Of a stretch of DNA of 58,659 nucleotides, positions 56,209 through 58,659 are shown piece by piece (the first letter of the stretch is position 1; each line of letters starts with the position of its first letter). The notes below the pieces were generated by a model. That model was not told the origin of the DNA, searched no databases, and was given only the letters and a program-made list of their open reading frames with translations. Source of the DNA: Bacteroidales bacterium (GTDB taxonomy: Bacteria; Bacteroidota; Bacteroidia; Bacteroidales; VadinHA17); the NCBI GenBank assembly GCA_003141715.1, contig PLNF01000035.1, positions 9,837 through 68,495 on the forward strand. The letters run 5' to 3'. A program made the position numbers and the translations under genes.

Positions 56209-58560
56209 TTAGTACCTCACTCTTCTCGAACTATCTCCCCGGGAATTGGATTTCTTAACCTTATTGCAATCAAGTTGCATATTGAAATTCGATGGAACCT
56301 CAAATTCATCAGCCTCCATAATTCCGAACTGAGGATCAGCATATACCTTTTTCAGAAAGATAGCCATTATCGGAAGTGCCATATGTGCCCCCGATCCTTC
56401 TCCTAATGTTTCAAAATGGATAGCCTGGTCTTCCCAACCACTCCATACGCCTCCCACCAGATTAGGTGTTACCCCCATAAACCACCCGTTGGAATGATTC
56501 TGGGTTGTTCCTGTTTTCCCTCCAATCTGGTTCATCAGGTTATAAGGCTCCTTTCTTATATTGTTCCCTGTTCCGGATCTGATAACACCCTGCAGAAGAT
56601 TAAGCATCAGATAGGCCTGGTCTTCACTCAGAACCTCTTCAATTTTTGGCGTGAACCTAGAAATTGTATTTCCATTCTTATCTTCAATTCGGGTAACATA
56701 CATTGGTTTTGTATATACTCCTTTATTTGCAAAAGTACCGTAAGCGCCTACCATCTCTTCCAGTTTAATATCTGATGTGCCTAAAAATATTGATGGCACG
56801 GGATCAATAAAACTTCTGACTCCCATCTTGTGCATAAGATCTGTGACAGCTGTCGGTTTGAACTGTTTCATTAACCAGGCTGAAATATAATTTTCAGATT
56901 CAGCCAGCCCCCAGGCCAGTGTCACCATCTTGCCGTGGTATTTCTCTGGTCCGGTACTTCTTGGTGACCAAGGAACAGTATCGCCGGGTATATCGAAAGA
57001 GCGCGGGATGTTCTCCACCTCATAGCAGGGAGAATAACCGTTTTGCATCGCTACTGTATAAAGAAAAGGTTTAATTGTACTCCCAACCTGTTTCTTCTGC
57101 TGGGTTACTGCATCATATTTAAAGTATCTGAAATCCGGTCCTCCTACATAAGCTTTGACGTTTCCGTTATGAGGATCTTCCACCATAAATGATGATCGGA
57201 TAAAATATTTATAATACCTGATAGAATCAAGAGGTGTCATTGTAGTATCCCTGTCTCCTTTCCATGAAAAAACCCTCATTTTAACCCTGGTATTAAAAGC
57301 CAGCATGATAGAATCTTCAGAGACACCTCTTGCATGCATTATATAATACCTGTCACTTTGTTTAAGTGAAGTCATTATCAAATCTTCAACTTCATCTTTC
57401 TTAATATCGTCAGAATACGGAGGATTCTTAAACCATCTTGCCCGTTTATAAAAGCCAGGCTGTATATCTTTGGAGAGATGTTCTGTCAATGCCTCTTCTG
57501 CATATTTCTGCATGCGGGAATTAATAGTCGTATATATCTTCAACCCGTCTCTATACACATCATAACTGGTCCCGTCAGGTTTTTTATTTTTATTGCACCA
57601 GCCGTACAGAGCATTGTTATTCCATTCCCATAATGCATCATCATATGACGCTTGCTGGACATATTTATTTCTGTCAGGTTCAGGCTTCCTCATTATGTTT
57701 GTTAAGTATTGCCTGAGATAAGTTGCCATGCCGCTATTATGATCCTCTACCCTGAAATCGACTTCAATCGGCAATTTTATCACTGAATCTGCAAGAGAAT
57801 TGCCTATATAACCATATTTTGCCATTTGTGAGATTACGACATTTCGCCTCTGAAGCATAAGGTCATAATTCCTCAGTGGGTTATACCTTGTTGACGCTTT
57901 GAGCATTCCGACCAGAACCGCTGCCTGCTGAAGATTCAGTGAATCGGGTGTTGTATTGAAGTATACTTTTGCTGCAGATCTGATTCCTATAGCATTGTAA
58001 CTGAAATCGAATTTATTGAGATACATGGTTATTATCTCTTCTTTGGTGTAGCTCCTTTCGAGTTTAACCGCTGTCTGCCACTCTTTGAATTTTGTAACAC
58101 CAAGTTTGATCCTTCTCATAAGGGAAGAATTTCTTGCAGTGTCTCTTGGATAAAGCTGCTTTGCCAGCTGCTGTGTGATAGTGCTTCCGCCACCGGTGCT
58201 TTGACCAAGGATGATAGTTCTTACAGCTGCTCGTCCAAGACCACGGATATCAATACCGGAATGTCTGTAATAACGAATATCTTCTGTTGTAATAAGTGCT
58301 GCTGTAAGATAGGGTGATATATCTTTATACTCAGTCCATGTCCGGTTCTCAATGCTGATTTTTCCAAGCAGGACTCCATCTTCGGAAAGAACCTGCGCTG
58401 CCAAATAATATTCCGGATTTTCAAGCTCTCCGAAAGAAGGCATGGGACCAAGCTTTTCCCTTGAAATAAGTATGAATAATGTTATAACAAAAGCGAACGG
58501 GAAAATGAAGAGTGCCCAGAACCAGATCAGGTATTTTTTGTTGTTTGTATTGCCTTTCAT
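56209..58560 (-). CDS. Class A penicillin-binding protein (PBP1A-like)
   Basis: TM anchor; GT51 EDIRYYRHSG, GSTITQQLAK; transpeptidase STIK, SEN, KTG. Confidence 0.95.
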   Translation of the reverse strand: MKGNTNNKKYLIWFWALFIFPFAFVITLFILISREKLGPMPSFGELENPEYYLAAQVLSEDGVLLGKISIENRTWTEYKDISPYLTAALITTEDIRYYRHSGIDIRGLGRAAVRTIILGQSTGGGSTITQQLAKQLYPRDTARNSSLMRRIKLGVTKFKEWQTAVKLERSYTKEEIITMYLNKFDFSYNAIGIRSAAKVYFNTTPDSLNLQQAAVLVGMLKASTRYNPLRNYDLMLQRRNVVISQMAKYGYIGNSLADSVIKLPIEVDFRVEDHNSGMATYLRQYLTNIMRKPEPDRNKYVQQASYDDALWEWNNNALYGWCNKNKKPDGTSYDVYRDGLKIYTTINSRMQKYAEEALTEHLSKDIQPGFYKRARWFKNPPYSDDIKKDEVEDLIMTSLKQSDRYYIMHARGVSEDSIMLAFNTRVKMRVFSWKGDRDTTMTPLDSIRYYKYFIRSSFMVEDPHNGNVKAYVGGPDFRYFKYDAVTQQKKQVGSTIKPFLYTVAMQNGYSPCYEVENIPRSFDIPGDTVPWSPRSTGPEKYHGKMVTLAWGLAESENYISAWLMKQFKPTAVTDLMHKMGVRSFIDPVPSIFLGTSDIKLEEMVGAYGTFANKGVYTKPMYVTRIEDKNGNTISRFTPKIEEVLSEDQAYLMLNLLQGVIRSGTGNNIRKEPYNLMNQIGGKTGTTQNHSNGWFMGVTPNLVGGVWSGWEDQAIHFETLGEGSGAHMALPIMAIFLKKVYADPQFGIMEADEFEVPSNFNMQLDCNKVKKSNSRGDSSRRVRY

Positions 58561-58659
58561 TTACTTAAGAAGTTTGGCCCAAAAATAGTAAATAATAAAG
58601 AATCTTAACGGTTTATTTTGAAGTTTGGTACCTAAATGATTTACTTTGTCGTCTGAAAA

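Noticed and set aside
56098-56406. 102-aa ORF after radA
   Set aside because: Reads through the hairpin and antisense into the PBP gene; no motifs
58569-58637. gaagtttgg motifs at 58569 and 58620 resembling the 20727 element
   Set aside because: Only 9-bp matches in a promoter region; no inverted arm visible before the window ends

Overview
Gene-dense, mostly core-genome segment of a Bacteroidota bacterium, probably Bacteroidales-like. The assignment rests on TAnnTTTG -7 promoter motifs, porW-porX, gldH, DUF4270, KISTS-type MetG and the lineage-typical PGK insert. The window starts inside a GH2 lipoprotein gene that the ORF track misses. It then carries creatininase, OmpA, tcdA, tatD, gltX, tdh-kbl plus an AT-rich methyltransferase, class II RNR (nrdJ), a SusD-less TonB-dependent receptor, waaA, a two-component pair, yraN, MmcQ, a C1B aminopeptidase, a LuxE-like acyltransferase, pgk, tpx, holB-ricT-gldH-trmB-ATL, mrp-nfu, porW-porX-tsaE-ald-like, LD-carboxypeptidase, metG, an HU/SPOR protein, a Wbp-type diacetamido-uronic-acid nucleotide-sugar cluster with galE and rfbB, glmS, DUF4270, a half glycogen synthase, panC-panD, a flippase-like protein, radA and PBP1A. 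I see no rRNA, tRNA, CRISPR array, transposase or prophage. The least explained signal is intergenic: several families of small palindromic REP-like elements and inverted arrays of about 8-bp tandem repeats. These often abut stop codons, one family sits nested inside another (30053-30258), and one copy has been absorbed into a coding 3' end. Other leads are an alanine-dehydrogenase-like probable pseudo-enzyme beside porX-tsaE, a decayed GT39 fragment, and an interleaved inverted repeat upstream of panC. All calls come from reading motifs by eye; no database searches were run.
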